A stretch of 64,000 nucleotides of DNA from Takakia lepidozioides (Eukaryota > Plantae > Bryophyta), in assembly GCA_030704615.1 (NCBI GenBank), contig CM060731.1, positions 52,700,001-52,764,000 of the forward strand, written 5' to 3'. Both the position numbers and the translations under genes were made by a program. This document shows positions 9,211-22,920 of this stretch, one piece after another. Each line of letters begins with the position of its first letter. Position 1 is the first letter of the stretch. Below the pieces are notes generated by a model. The model did not search any database. It worked only from the letters and a program-made list of their open reading frames with translations, and was not told the DNA's origin.

Positions 9211-10118
9211 AAGCAAAGAAGGGTTCGAAGTATTATCCGTGCAAGCATCTGTATTACATTTACCTGAAGAGGTTGAGGATGAACGTGACTATTGATGACT
9301 TTATTCATGCACCGGCGTTGAGCGTGAACAAGCTGCACAAACTCCTCCTTAGGGATTCCAGAAATCATTCATGGGGCAAAGGGAATCCTCCATATGGATA
9401 TTTTCAATTGCATTTTGCTGTATCAGTCTTTTTTTTGCAGTGTAATGAAATGCACCCCAAAACTCCTGGAATGAGGCAATATTCCATTCAAACTGAGATC
9501 TAACATAAGCAGTTGTGGGGCCATTTCTGGAAAAATGGCGCCGAATTTCTCTTTTTGGGGCCGAAAACTGGCTAAGTCCCAACATGCACTGGTACCTATG
9601 TCTGGGAAAATGGCGCCGAATTTCTCTTTTTGGGGCCGAAAACTGGCTAAGTCCCAACATGCACTGGTACAGTGTCTGGAAAAATGGCGTCGAATTTCCC
9701 TATTTTGCGCCAAAAACTGGCTAAGTCCGAACATGCACTGGAAAAATGGCGCCGAATTACCTGTCATGAGGGGACCTATAGCCGCGGAATTCGGCACCAT
9801 TTTTCGCCAGAGAGACCTATTACCGCGAAATACGTCGCCGTTTTTTCAGGTTACGGACCCTATTACCGCGAAATTCGGCGCCATATTTGCACATGTCGCT
9901 GGGAATTGGCATGAGCGGAAGACGAAATATCATGAGCACAACTGTCAAAACTGCAATTTTCCCTTCAAGGGGCCGAATAATATATTTGTTTTTCCTGACA
10001 CATTGCATTAAATTATTGTTTTTTATTGTTTTTTATTTTCGAAATTTGTACTTCTGCTCATGAAAACCGATTGTCTTACTACTCCGCTCATGCCGCTCAT
10101 GCTCATGACATAGCAAAC
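9211..10118 (+). mobile_element. 3' remnant of a MULE (SWIM-finger tail, subterminal repeats, probable TIR end)
   Basis: 9228-9360 translates PCKHLYYIYLKRL...DDFIHAPALS, homologous to the tail of the transposase at 48642-48790. CATGAGCG-type repeats at 10085-10118 resemble MULE TIR motifs. Confidence 0.6.
9526..9760. repeat. 75-bp tandem repeat x3 plus partial (AAAATGGCGCCGAATTT core)
   Basis: Units start at 9526, 9601 and 9676; partial unit at ~9737; related motifs in both orientations to ~9885. Confidence 0.9.
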
Positions 10119-10119
10119 C

Positions 10120-11468
10120 TCGTCAATCGGCTGTGAACGCTCCCATCGTATAAGGGGATTTGGGACTCTCGCATGAGTTTTTCATGGTGAAGATCATTTG
10201 GCGCGCCTGCTTCTTCTCCGCCCATATTTTCCCCATCAGGTATTTCAGAGGGATTTGCGCCATTCTCAACAGCCTCATCATTGTCCAAGTGAAGGGCATT
10301 TGGGGCAGGTGTGGGATTCTCTCGGAGGGTATCTGATATTTCAAATGCATCTTGCACAGCACGGGCAATCTGGCCCCGTAGCCCATTGTCGTCTTGTCCC
10401 TCCAAATTGACGTCGTTTGCAACACTCTCTACACTACATTCAGCCTCCACTTCAGAGTCGGATGTAATGTAGCCCTGTGAACGCAAATGAAAATCAGAAA
10501 TTGGGATACGATGAACAGGTTTTTTTCAAAACTCCCAGACTCTGAAATTTCATTTAAACACTGTCATGTAAGCAAACACAATACGTAGAATTGCACTAGT
10601 TCAATAGAGGTGAATGTTGCAAGTCTCCCCCGCACTTGCGAATTAGGAGACGAAATTGGTCGGCCACAGTCTTCATTTTGAAGCAGCTTGTGGAGCTCAC
10701 ACACAAAGACAAATGAAAACTACTCTCATATAATACGGCAAAGTAGGAACATAGTTCGAATCGAAAAACAAAACAAACATACCCTCTGTGATAGAAATTG
10801 ACATCCCCACATACAGACAGCTATCTTCACATACCGACAAAGTGAAAGCTCTCAACAAATATGCCCAAGTGGGCAGTGCGTTGAAGGCATGACACATGGC
10901 AACAAACTACCAAAAGCCCAAAATGCGGCTAGCCTTCCGACATGGCAGTCAACAGCGACCATGTAGTCATGACCCTCACTACATGACTCTAGTACAACCA
11001 ATGGAAGAACACCACGTAGTTGAAATGTCCATAATCCGCGGTCATGAAGTCATGGACATGACTACTCTGACGCACTACCAACTACATGACTCCATCACTA
11101 CGACTCCATGACTCCAATACATCCAACGGAAGAACGACACGTAGTTCGGACTCCAGTCACTCCACGACTGTCCAAAATGCGGACATGCGCGAGCGTGCTG
11201 CGAGCATGTCAGAGTGCGTGCATTGTGCAAGGCGTACCGGGACTGTACACTGTCGAAGGTTTGGGTCCCTCCCATACTTTGTTAGGTGTTTTTTGGCCAT
11301 CGGTAGAAACTGCGGGATCCCTCCATGGCAAGTTCTGCAGTTGCACAATATTTTGCGGTGCCCTTGTGCAATGGCATGCGCCTCCTCTAGTCGCCACAGT
11401 TTCTCATCTTTCCTGCGCACATGGTGTCGTTGAGCTCTCAGCCGAAACCCCGCTCTCGTTGTGTACAT
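10120..11468 (-). pseudogene. CACTA transposase 5' exons (transposase-associated domain), truncated
   Basis: 11157..11468 ILCNCRTC...AKKHLTKYG; 10120..10486 acidic linker then LMRESQIPLYDGSVHSRLT, typical of the En/Spm TnpD N-terminus. Confidence 0.7.
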
Positions 11469-11521
11469 CGTACTTACACAGGGGGGTGTGCAAGGGTCTT
11501 TGCAGCTGATGTCAGACTGCC

Positions 11522-13920
11522 ATGGTCAGGCCCTCCCCGTGCGGTCCCCTGACTGCGTATGAGAAGCTAAGGGAGACCTGCATTGCTCGCAACAAAGAGG
11601 TTGAGGCGGAGTTGTTTGGTTCGCACCCACTGTGAGTATACTGAGAGGCGGCTCACCCTACTGTTGTGGCCGCTATCTCGCAGGAGAGCATTGCAGGGGC
11701 TTGTCATTAGGGCATTTCTTTAAAAATGTTAGAGGGATACGGTTTAGCCTGGAATTGCCCTAGTTCTTGTCTTTTGGGTTTACGAGTTTTGCTAGATTCC
11801 CAGTGTTGGGATTGCATTGCTAAGTACATAGAATGCTGGTTGTGAGGCGTCGCCTGTCTCCACACTATCATGGCACACCATGAAGAGAGCGGGATTGGTT
11901 AGGGTTTGGCTTGCAGGCTTGTTGCTCCGAAACCAAAGCGTGCTTGCCGTCGACCTCCACTACCCACGGGACCACCCAGACGCAGTGGAAGGCTAAAAAC
12001 AATGGCCGACGAGGCACGGCAGTATGAAGACGAGGACGAAGATTTGTTGTGTGTCCCTGCGGGCAAGCACACTGGCGATTCCAGCGAAGATGTCCTTCGC
12101 CACCCAGCTCCTGCACCCTCGCTTCCCCAGAAACGCCCGTCGCCGACAAAATCACCATCTGTAAGCACCTGCTCACCTCGAGACGTCTGGAGGACAGGTT
12201 TGACTTGCCTGGCATGTCACCAGGTAACGTCACTCCAGTTGATGCATTCGAGGATGATGTGCAGGTGGAGCATGTGTGGCCCAGGTGGAGGGGAGGACAC
12301 CCCTACCAAGGAACTTACGCGTCCTCGTGCAGTTCTGTCACACTGTGCGGTAGTGGAGGCGCATGCAGAACTCCGGCCTGCTGCTGTCGTGGTGGGGGCA
12401 TCTGAGAGAACCCTGGACATTGACCTTGTTTCCCCGCTGGCAGATATTACCCAGCAACCCACGGTTGTCACTTCCACTCCCAACCTCCAATTCATGAAGG
12501 AGAATGTCGTGCACAGAACAGTGGAGAAGGGCAAGCATTTGCTCATCCTAGATATTAATGGATTGCTGTGTGAGTGCGTCCATGTCGGGAGCGGTAATGC
12601 GTTTGTGGTTCCAAATGGCCTTGAGCACAAATTATGTGGTAGCAAGATGGTCGTTGTAAGGCCTGGTTGCAAAGCTTTTTTGGACAAGTGTTTTGAACAC
12701 TTTGAAGTGGCAGCATGGTCTTGTATGCAACCACGTAACTTCCTACCCACAGTGGACTGGCTTTTCCATGGGCACGGTGACCTTGCATTCAAGTGGGATG
12801 GGGGATATTGTGAGCAGTCCACTGACATGGATGGGAGCCTGCCCATGAAACCACCGTTTTTGAAGAACCTATCTACAGTGTGGCGGGGCAACCGTGACTG
12901 GAATCCTGAAACGACTCTTCTTGTTGACGACACACCGCACAAGGGGTCGAACAATCCAGCATACAGCGCAATTTTCCCACTGCCTTGGAGAAGTCGTTCT
13001 GTAGAGGCGCGCAATGATAATTTTCTTCTGACCAGCTTATGGCCCTTCTTGGAGGGGGCAGCTAAGGCTCCGAGCATTCCAGAATATCTCAAAGGGCAAC
13101 CCACATTTGGGCAACAAGCTATCAGCCCTCGAGCCATTCAGCCTCGCCAGGTAACATACTTTGTAGTGTGGTACACTCCGTGGTCGAATTTTTGTGTGAC
13201 TCCCTTGTGCCATTGCCAGCCTCATTTGTGCTTAAGTTGTGGCAGTAATCAACCTTGTGATAGAGTTTGTCAAATTACTGTCGCAGTGTGAACTGCAGGC
13301 ATTGACAGTGAATGGTGCATCTTATTGTGTTACTGTCATTTGAGTTCCCAGTGTATGCCAAAATACATTTTTGGTGCTTGTTGGTTGGTTGTAGGTGCTT
13401 GACCACGAACGAGCCCCCCCAAGTCGAAGGGCAGCACACCTTCACCCTTTCAGGAAGCCGACACCACTGATCCCTGATTTGCAGAATGGGGTAAGTGTAT
13501 GCATCTGCTATTCTCCCCTTCCTGACCTGGATAGACAAATTGTTATTAGCTCATTGTAGACCTTGTAGACACAATACTTTGCACGATCCGTGTTCCATAA
13601 TTCTCATGCAATCTGCCATGTTTGGGGTGGGATGGCAGTTCGTGGTGGGAGACCATGTCAAGCTCATAGACACTGTTTCGCGATCAACGGCCGGATCTAG
13701 CCGCATTGCTGGTCTCCAAGGGATGGAGGTGAGTGAAGGGTACCCTGTCGTGCTAGAAGGCTATATGGCCATCCACATTGATGATGTCCGCATTCCCAAT
13801 GCCCCTCTACCATATCACAACAAATCCATGAAGCCTCATCACACTGAGTTGGGAGACACTGTAGGTTACATTACTGTGTGGAGTGACAAACTAGTGAAGA
13901 CCTTGCAGACAAAGAGATGA
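11522..13920 (+). CDS. Spliced CACTA second gene: YE..R..IARN motif + FCP1/NIF-like HAD phosphatase domain + Tnp1/TnpA-like C-terminal domain
   Basis: Exon ~11522-11631 (AYEKLRETCIARNKE, GTGAGT donor). Exon ~11917-13151 with LLILDINGLL, VRPGCKAFL, FEVAAWS, KNLSTVW, TLLVDDTPHK. Exon ~13638-13920 with IDDVRIPNAPLPY...LGDTVGYITVW. Exon joins are inferred. Confidence 0.65.
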
Positions 13921-14812
13921 GGCAGGTCGGCACGCATTGTGGATTTCATGGGGATTTCCACCTCTGCCTCATCCGGATTTGGCAACTACGGTAACTTATA
14001 GTAGTGACAGATTCTCTGAATTGACTGTCCAATTTTGATAGCAACCACATGTTGGATTTCCTCATGCATGTTGTTGCAAACTTATGCCTCATTAATGAGC
14101 AATGTGGTGGTAGGTGGTATGTCCCCATTGCACACACTATGGTTGGTAATGTTGCTACTGGGAGAATGTGGTTGATAATGGTGATGCTGGATGGTGATGT
14201 TGCTGCTATTTGTGCTCTTTCAGAATTATGTCTGTGCCACTTCTGTGCCTAAAGTCTTGTTGTATACATGATTGTGATGTTGTATGGCATATGCACGTGG
14301 CGCCCTATTGGCTGCCTCTGTGGCATATCCATGTGTCCGTCCAGAGTCATAACCATGAGTACCGAACCCAATATGATATATGTATGAGCATATTACATTC
14401 CGACACGTGACCCCTAAGGTCCCCGCGCAGTTGGTCTTATGACTCCATATGCAAAACATCCAGTCAAATGTATGTCTACGAAGCAGCACGTGAGGTTTAG
14501 AGGATTGTGCACGTGGCACCACGTGGGACTACAACGTCCTCATGGAAAGGGTGATCATGGAATATACCGTACTGCGCCAGTCGTAGGTATGACTGGCAAG
14601 AATCCACCGCAGCTCCCGAAAGTCCAACACGTGGGCACACACAATCGTGGCACGTGGTGTCCCCAGATGCTGCCACGTGTTAATACCAATTTCCCCAAGA
14701 CATACATGTGACTGCGAAGCCCCGTCCCCCACAGTGACACGTGGCATTGATATGTCGCACCACGCGTTTCTTCTATGACGCGACACGTGCTGTCGTTTAG
14801 TTCCCTTGTCCG

Positions 14813-15870
14813 TGTTAGAGGACTGTAGGGGACTTAGACACTTATACGAGATCTGTAGGGTACCCTTAAATTTTGCACAGACTGAGACCAACAGGAGCCT
14901 TAGGGGTGACAGCAGTGCACTGTAGAGGGGGGTTACACAGTCGTCACAGCCCACACAGCCAACACAGCCCGTTACAGTCGTCACAGTCCACACAGCCAAC
15001 ACAGCCAACACAGCCCGTCACAGTCGTCACAGCCAACACAGCCAACACAGCCGACACAGTCGACACAGCCAACACAGCCGATACAGCCCGGCACAGCCAC
15101 ACAGCTGACATAGCCGACATAGCCCGGCACAGCCACACAGCCAGTCACAGCCCGACACAGCCAAACACAGTCGCACAGCCAGTCACAGCCCGTCACAGTT
15201 TCACACAGCCAGTCACAGCTTGACACAGCTGTCACGATCATAGGGAACGAAGAGTAGGACAGGGAACGACTGTGGGGAACAACACCTGCGAAGGGAACAT
15301 GTTAGTTCACAGACAACGGTTAGTAAGGGAAACGGTTAGAACTGCGGATAGGAAGATAAAAGGGAAAACGGGGAATGAAGGAGGGGGATTTTTATCATTA
15401 TTCGGAGGAGGACTTCTTAGTCAGGCTGGAGCGGAGATCGAAAGCAAAGATGGAGAGCACGGTGAAGGAGGAAAGAGGATTAGTAGATGCTTGTTATATG
15501 CAAAGCTGTAGTGATATTGTAGAGCAGATTAGAGACACAATGGCTTCGGCCTGATACCTGATAAATCATAATCTGATACTTATACGATACAATCACACTG
15601 TGTAGAGAGATCTGAGTGAAGCTGTGGATTGAATGGATGAGTGAAGGAAACCGATAGATTGATGAAGCAAACTGATACTTAATTATCAATGGTAAGGTAG
15701 CTAAGATGAATGCGGAAAGGGAAACAAATAGGAAACACCCCATGATACACTAGCTGTAGGTCATGACTGATTGTTCTGCACGGGCTGAGTACTTAGAGAT
15801 TTCCAACTCTTCTATCTTGGAGTTTCCGCCTCGGATAGCGAAGGGATCGGTGAGTAAAAGCCGCGCGACA
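14813..15870 (+). repeat. 5' LTR (contains CACAGC-type microsatellite array)
   Basis: TGTTAGAGG...GCGCGACA, near-identical to 27474-28475. Confidence 0.97.
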
Positions 15871-15872
15871 TT

Positions 15873-15890
15873 TGGCGACCATACTGGGGA
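15873..15890 (+). promoter_or_regulatory. Primer binding site, probably tRNA-Arg type
   Basis: TGGCGACCATACTGGGGA 2 nt after the 5' LTR; resembles the TGGCGAC...CTGGGGA PBS of Tat/Ogre elements. Confidence 0.75.
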
Positions 15891-17399
15891 CCTGGGACAT
15901 GAACAACCAGATGTGACAGGCATCTGGTGGGATCATGGTGGTTGGACCATTAAAGAATTTGAAGTGAATCAAATTCCCTGTGGAATGAAGGAAGAAAGAT
16001 TGTCCAAACAATTCTTTCAAAGGTTCTTGGAATTGCCAGACGGTTGTAAAAAAAAAATTCTTAAACGAGTGCATGATGCTGATCCAGAATGGGGTCTGAA
16101 GAAAGGAGTGATAAAGATTTATCAGGTAGCCTGTAGAGGAAGAGCACGTTGGTTACCAACATTGGTTTATGTGATAGCATTGCTATCCATTAAACGAGTA
16201 GAGTTTGAAGGCTGGGAAGAAAGAAAGGTGAATGTTTATACTCATATGCATGAAGAGCTTGTACTGGTAAAGAATTGGATTCCAAAGGATATTTTGTGGA
16301 TCAAACTCACACCAAGAACAGCTTTTCAGACTTGTTTGCCGTATGGTTATATGGTAACGGAGACTTCAAGAATAGCCAAGGGTGCATTGAAGCTTGAAAG
16401 GAACCCAGGCATATACGAGAGATATTACAGAAGAGAGTTTTGGTTATTGCCACATTAAAAGAAATGAAAGACATGGGACATGAGTGATGAAAGAGAAGCT
16501 AGACGACAGAGATATTCAGCAAAAAGTGAAAGCTAATTATCCATATCTTTGGGAGAGAGGAATAGACATAGGGGAATCATCTGGACCTCTCACACCATCA
16601 AGATCAAAGAGTGCATCACCTATACCGGAAGAACTAGAGTTGGATGCCACTCCTTCTGTTTCTTTGCAAGAAAGATTAAGGGAATTGGTACAGGAAGAAG
16701 ATCAATCACGAGGTGAAAGATCTGAGGTACATCCTTGGATAAAAGACTTGACAGAAATCTTTGATAAGAGTTGGCATGGAACACCAAAAGCAGGAACTCC
16801 AGTTTCTGAAGCAGAAGATGAAGAAGGAGAAGAGGATGTGGCAGAGCCCACGGAGAGTTCAGACTCTCCAACACCATTACAGTTGAGTTACATGAGTGAA
16901 GAAGAAACCCAAGGGCAGAACTTGGAGGATGAAAACACAGAGAAGAAATTAGAAGAGGAAGAATATGAAGAAGTAGACCCAACAGCTGAGGTTGAGACTA
17001 CAACCAGGACATCCCAACCCGTTGGACCTGGATCAAGTGGAGCACTTGGATCACAGGCCAACGAAGGTGTCGGCTCAGGGGGATCAGGCGGGCTGCCTGG
17101 ATCTGGCTCTGGGGGGACAGGGAGTGTGGGAAGTAGTGCAACTGAAGCTGGGAATACTGTGAATATCGTGGGGCCAGAAGCAAGGAGTGCTCAAGGGCCA
17201 CCACTTGGTGGAAGATCCACCACAAAAACAACAGGTCCAGAAGGACCAGCACCAGCAAGGGTGCCAGCACCTGTCAGTGGGCAGAAGGTAGGGCCAAGGA
17301 TGGCGTTACAACCAACACGGGCAAAACCACCCTTTCCAATATATTCAGGAAAAGGGGATCCCGATGTACACATTAGCCAATTTGAGCACATGTGTATAG

Positions 17400-18703
17400 T
17401 GAACAATGAGAATGGCGATGATGCCAAGATGAGATTGTTTCCTTGTTCACTTATCAAGAAAGCAAGTGAATGGTATGCAAGATTCCATGATAATCATTTC
17501 CTAACCTGGAATGGCTTGAATACAGCATTTCGAAATAGGTTCATGACAAGTAAAACTGAGGATGAAGTGTATGGAAGTTTACAACAGCTGAAGCAGAAGA
17601 AGCATGAAACTGTTGAAGAGTATATGGAGAAGATGGAATTGATGATGAAAAAGCTGGCTGCAGTACCAGCGCCCGGTTTACAGAAGACTTGGTTTGTGAG
17701 TGGATTAAGACCAGAGTTGCAAAAGAAAGTGGATATGTTACCCCATAACACAGTGGAGGAGGCATTTGAAACTGCGAACAGAATTGAGCAATTGGGAATG
17801 CTCAGGAGAGAGAAAAAAGAAGATGAGGACTCTGAAGACGAGTCAGATGAAGAAGAAGAGCAAGAACTAAAAAGAAAGAGTAAGAGAAAGGAGAAGTTGA
17901 AGAGGGATAGCTATGAAAAAAAATTGGAAGAAATCTTGAAGAAGTATGCCACAGAGGCTGCAACACATTGGAGGAAGGGTGTATGGTGTGCAAAGTGCCA
18001 GAATGAAGGCCATACCACCACAGAATGCCACATGCAAGAGAAACACTGTACTATGAACAATGAGAATGGCGATGATGCCAAGATGAGATTGTTTCCTTGT
18101 TCACTTATCAAGAAAGTAAGTGAATGGTATGCAAGATTCCCTTATAATCATTTCCTAACCTGGCTTGAATACAACATTCCGAAATAGGTTCAGGACAAGT
18201 AAAACTGAGGATGAAGTGTATGGAAGTTTACAACAGTTAAAGCAAAAGAAGCATGAAACTGTTGAGGAGTATATGGAAAAGATGGAATTGATGATGAAAA
18301 AGCTGGCTGTTGTACCAGCACCAGGTTTACAAAAGACTTGGTTTGTGAGTGGACTAAGACCAGAGTTGCAGAAGAAAGTGGATATGTTACCCCATAATAC
18401 AGTGGAGGAGGCATTTGAAACTGCAAACAAAATTGAGCAATTGGGAATGCTCAGGAGAGAGAAAAGGGATGATGAAGACTCTGAGGATGAGTCAGAAGAA
18501 GAAGAAGAGCAAGAACTAAAAAGGAAGAGTAAGAGAAAGGAGAAGTTGAAGAGGGATAACTATGAGAAAAGATTAGAAGAAATCTTGAAGAAGTATGCCA
18601 CAGAGGCTGCAACACATTGGAGGAAGGGTGTTTGGTGTGCAAAGTGCCAGAATGAAGGCCATACCACCACAGAATGCCACATGAAGGAGAAACACTGTAC
18701 TAT
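17400..18703 (+). repeat. ~650-bp tandem duplication inside gag
   Basis: GAACAATGAGAATGGCGATG at 17401 and 18055; the second unit has a 5-bp deletion. Confidence 0.95.
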
Positions 18704-20098
18704 CTGTAAAATGGATAACCATTCTACTGAGAATTGTTACTACAACAGAAGGACAGCTGCAAGAGAACCTAGGCAAGTAAGGGTGCATCAGGTGCAGCCC
18801 CAGCCAAGAAGAAACAATGATCAGGACCACTATGGTAGGTCTGGTGGTTATAACAATGGCATGGAAGGGAGAGGTAATTCAAGAGGGAATTACCAAGGAA
18901 ATTCCAGAGGCAACTATCAGGGTAATCCAAGGGGGAATTACCAGCCCGGGAATCAGGATTATAGAAATAATCCAAGAACAGACCAAGGGCGAGGACCCAA
19001 TGGTGAAGAGCTATGTTACTATTGTAATCAGCCAGGACATCGCAAGGCAGCCTGTTCATTCTGGATTAGACACCAGAATGAGATGAGAGCTCCTGTGAAT
19101 GAGGGCCCAATGGTGGCAGCTCACATGGTTAGGCCATGTGTTGTACCAGACGTAAGTACAATGATAGTAACAAGAAGTAAAGCCAAACTAATACCTCCAG
19201 TAGAAGAGGAAGAAGATGAGACTGGAAGTGGCAATGATATGCCTGAAGATGAAGAGACTTGGAAAGATGAGAAGGAACTGCACAAGGAAGTGGCAGATAC
19301 TATAAGGGAAATGCAAAAGAGTACTGATATTCCTGTGGCAGATTCCTCTGATTCGGATGGAGAAAAAGAAGGGATTGAGGAAGAAAGGAAAAAAGAAGAT
19401 GCAGACATGCAAAGTAATGAAGAGACTTTGGCTGCAGTAATATGTCAGACCAAAGCAGAAATTACCATTGGACAGCTATTAGCTGTGGCACCTTATTGTA
19501 GGCACAGGCTGTATCAAGCAATCAATCGAATTGCCCAAGAGACAGGAAACACAGACCTGAACAGCAAGGTGACCAGTTATAATGTGAAGCCGGAAGGGCG
19601 AGAACCAGTCATGGACTTTGATGATTCTATGCTAGTAATCCAATTGAGAATTGGAAGCACAGAACTAACTGATGTACTGATAGATGGTGGTTCTGGAGTA
19701 AATATCATGACAGACCAATTAAGGAAGAAGCTTGGTCTAAGTAACATGAAACCAGCCCCATTTACAGTAACAATGGCAGATCAAAGAAGTGTGCAGCCAT
19801 TGGGATTAATAAGAGGAGTTAAGATACAGATACAGAAAATGATCTTTATGATCACAGTAACTGTATTAAAAATGGATGAAGTCATGGAGGCTTACTCCTT
19901 ATTATTGGGACGTCCGTGGCTGAAACAGGCCAGGGTATTCCATGACTGGAATTCTCAGTTACTAACCGTGCATAATGGGATACACGAGATACAAATTACC
20001 ACAAAGAAATCTAGTAGATTACCTGCTACAATAAGACCTCGAGGAGTCAGAGAGTATGACTGGAGAGGAGGACTGGATTCTTCGAAGAAGCTAAAAGC

Positions 20099-22790
20099 TT
20101 GTTCATCAAATACAGAGATGTATTTGCTTGGAGCTATGAGGATCTAAAAGGGATACCACCTGAAGTCTGTCAGCATAAGATTGAACTGGAACCAGGGTCA
20201 GTACCAATCAAGCAGGCGAGGTATAGAATGAATCCCAACTACGCACAGAAGGTTGGAGAAGAGATAAAGAAGTTGGCTGAGGCTAAGTTTATATACCCAA
20301 TAGAGTATACAACTTGGTTGTCACCCATTGTTATAGTTCCCAAGAAGAATGGCAAACTAAGAGTATGTGTGAACTATAAGAAGCTGAATGCTTGTACGAA
20401 GAAAGATCCTTTCCCTTTGCCATTCACAGAAGCAGTATTAGACACTGTGGCAGGCCATGAGATGTACTCATTCATGGATGGCTTCAGTGGTTATAATCAA
20501 GTGCAAGTGGCAGAAGAAGACCAAGGGAAAACAGCTTTCATCACAGACTGGGGGGCTTATGCATACAAAGTCATGCCCTTTGGACTTTGTAATGCACCAG
20601 CGACCTTTCAGAGAGTGATAAGTGAATCTTTTCATGAGTATCTGGATGATTTCATGCAGGTATTCTTGGATGATTTCAGTGTGTACAGCTCTAAGAGTGA
20701 GCACTTGCATAAATTGGAGTTATGTTTGGCCAGATGCAGGATGAGAGGTCTGGGCCTGAATCCAGAGAAGTGTACTTTTGTGTGAACTCAGGGGTGCTTC
20801 TGGGACACATTGTGTGTAAGAAGGGACTCCTTATGGATCCCAGGAAGACAGAGTCCATTAAAGCCTCTCCACCACCAGTGAATGTTAAGAGTTTAAGGAG
20901 ATTCCTTGGCAAACCAGTTATTACAGAAGATTTGTCAAAAGGTATGCACAAATAGCAGCACCATTGAGCAAGCTTCTGAAGAAAGATGCAGTGTTTGCCT
21001 GGACAGCTAAATGTCAACAGGCGTTTGAGGAATTTACACTGTCAGTAACAACTACACCTGTGCTGATTAACCCTCACTGGCATGTAGTATTTCATGTTCA
21101 CTGCGATGCATCAGGAGAAGCGTTGGGTGCGGTGTTAGCCCAGAATGTTACAGGGAATATAGATTCACCTGTGTACTATGCTAGCCGGTTGATGAACAGT
21201 GCTGAGAGGAACTATAGTACAACGGAAAGAGAAGCATTGGCAATGATTTATGCAGTCAAGAAATTCAGGCATTACCTATTGGGAAGAAAGTTTATGTTTT
21301 ATGTGGATCACCAGGCTCTGATATATCTGGTGAACAAACCTTTGATAAGTGGAAGGATAGCGAGGTGGTTAATAATCTTGCATGAGTTTGAGTTCGAGGT
21401 TATTTACAAGCCTGGCCGTTTGCATCTTGTGGCAGATCATTTGTCACGACTAACAACAGGAGAGGCCGCCACAGGAGTGGACGATCAGTTACCTGATGCG
21501 AGTTTATTTGTAATGGAGGTGCAAGGAAGTGCAGATGAATGGTTAGATTGGCAGTGGCCAATCAGATACTACCTTGCTCATGGTCAGTGCCCACCTAGTT
21601 ATGGTAAGGAGCAGAGGAAGAGAATCGCTATCAAAGCTTTACCTTATACTATGGTAGGAAGCAGAATGTATAAGTTAGGACCTGATGGAGTACTAAAACG
21701 ATGCTTGTACCACCATGAAGTAAATAAAGTTTTGGCGGAAGTACATAAAGGAGTGGCTGGAGGTCATTTTGGAGAAGAGACTACCAGTAGAAAGATACTA
21801 CTCGCAGGATACTGGTGGTCTACTTTGTTCAAAGATGTACACGAGTATTGTCAGAAGTGTGATGAATGTCAGAGGCTAGGACCTTTGCAGAGATCTGGAA
21901 GGATGGCCTTGCATCCTACAATGCCTACGGAACCATTTCAGAAATGGGGACTAGACTTTGTTGGACCAATTAATCCACCATCCAAGAATACACGAAACAG
22001 GTACATAATTACAGCCACTGATTATACTACAAAGTGGGTGGAAGCTAAAGCTTTGAGGGACAACACAGCCAAGTCCACAGCAAGGTTCCTGTACGAGAAC
22101 ATACTTACACGATTTGGCTGTCCCTTAGAATTTATCAGTGATCAAGGAAGTCACTTCATGAATGAGACCATTGAGTTGTTGACTAAAGAGTTTATGATTG
22201 TGCATAGAAAGAGTACAACATATTACCCACAGGGTAATGGGCAGGCAGAGGCTACCAACAAAATACTATGTACTATCTTGGCTAAGATAGTCAATGCAAA
22301 CAGAACGGATTGGGATACAAAGCTGCTGACAGCTTTGGTCATACAGGACTTCATATAAAGTCACCACTAAGTATACACCATTCCAATTAGTTTATGGTAT
22401 GGAAGCCTTACTTCCAGTGGAATTCCTGTTACCTACCATGAGAACGGAGTGGGGAAAAAGAATGGAATTGCAAGACTCCATCAAGGTCAACATGAATTAT
22501 ACCATGTGGAAGAAGTACGTGCTGATGCAGCTGATAATATGACCAGAATTCAGATGAAGAGAAAGGAACAGTTTGATGAAGGCAAGTTAAAGACTTTTAA
22601 GACGGGGGATTTGGTTCTATGGTTGCAAAAGAAAGGAAAGATTCAAGCTTCTAAGCTTAAATCACCATGGAAAGGACCTTATGTCATACAAAAGATGTAT
22701 GATAACAACACCGCCATGTTACAAACCATTAACAAAGAAATGCTGGGAAGAGTCAATGCAAATAAGTTGAAGGGGTACAGTGGTATCCAT
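20099..22790 (+). pseudogene. Pol: RT, RNase H, integrase with several frameshifts
   Basis: MDGFSGYNQV, MPFGLCNAPATFQR, FLDD; HCDASG, YSTTEREAL; H..GHF..CQKCDEC, WGLDFVGP, SDQG, PQGNGQAE, WKGPY. Confidence 0.95.
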
Positions 22791-22920
22791 GACAAAACCC
22801 TGCAGCATGATTTGCATGTTGAACCGCAAGAGCAGTCACGGGCTGCACCAGTGTTACGAACGGAGTATGGAACACTTGTCGCTAGGCCCAGCATATATGA
22901 CCAGGGTGGGCAAAACAAAC

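Larger units (their letters stand above)
15763..20147 (+). pseudogene. Gag (N-terminal extension, duplicated capsid, CCHC knuckles) + protease, frameshifted
   Basis: FPIYSGKGDPDVHISQF, LKQKKHETVEEY, CAKCQNEGHTTTEC, CYYCNQPGHRKAAC, LIDGGSGVN...LLLGRPWL. Confidence 0.9.

Noticed and set aside
14529-15511. ORFs over the LTRs (also 27406-28293) and other short antisense ORFs in the track
   Set aside because: They are translations of microsatellite or shadow frames of TE genes.
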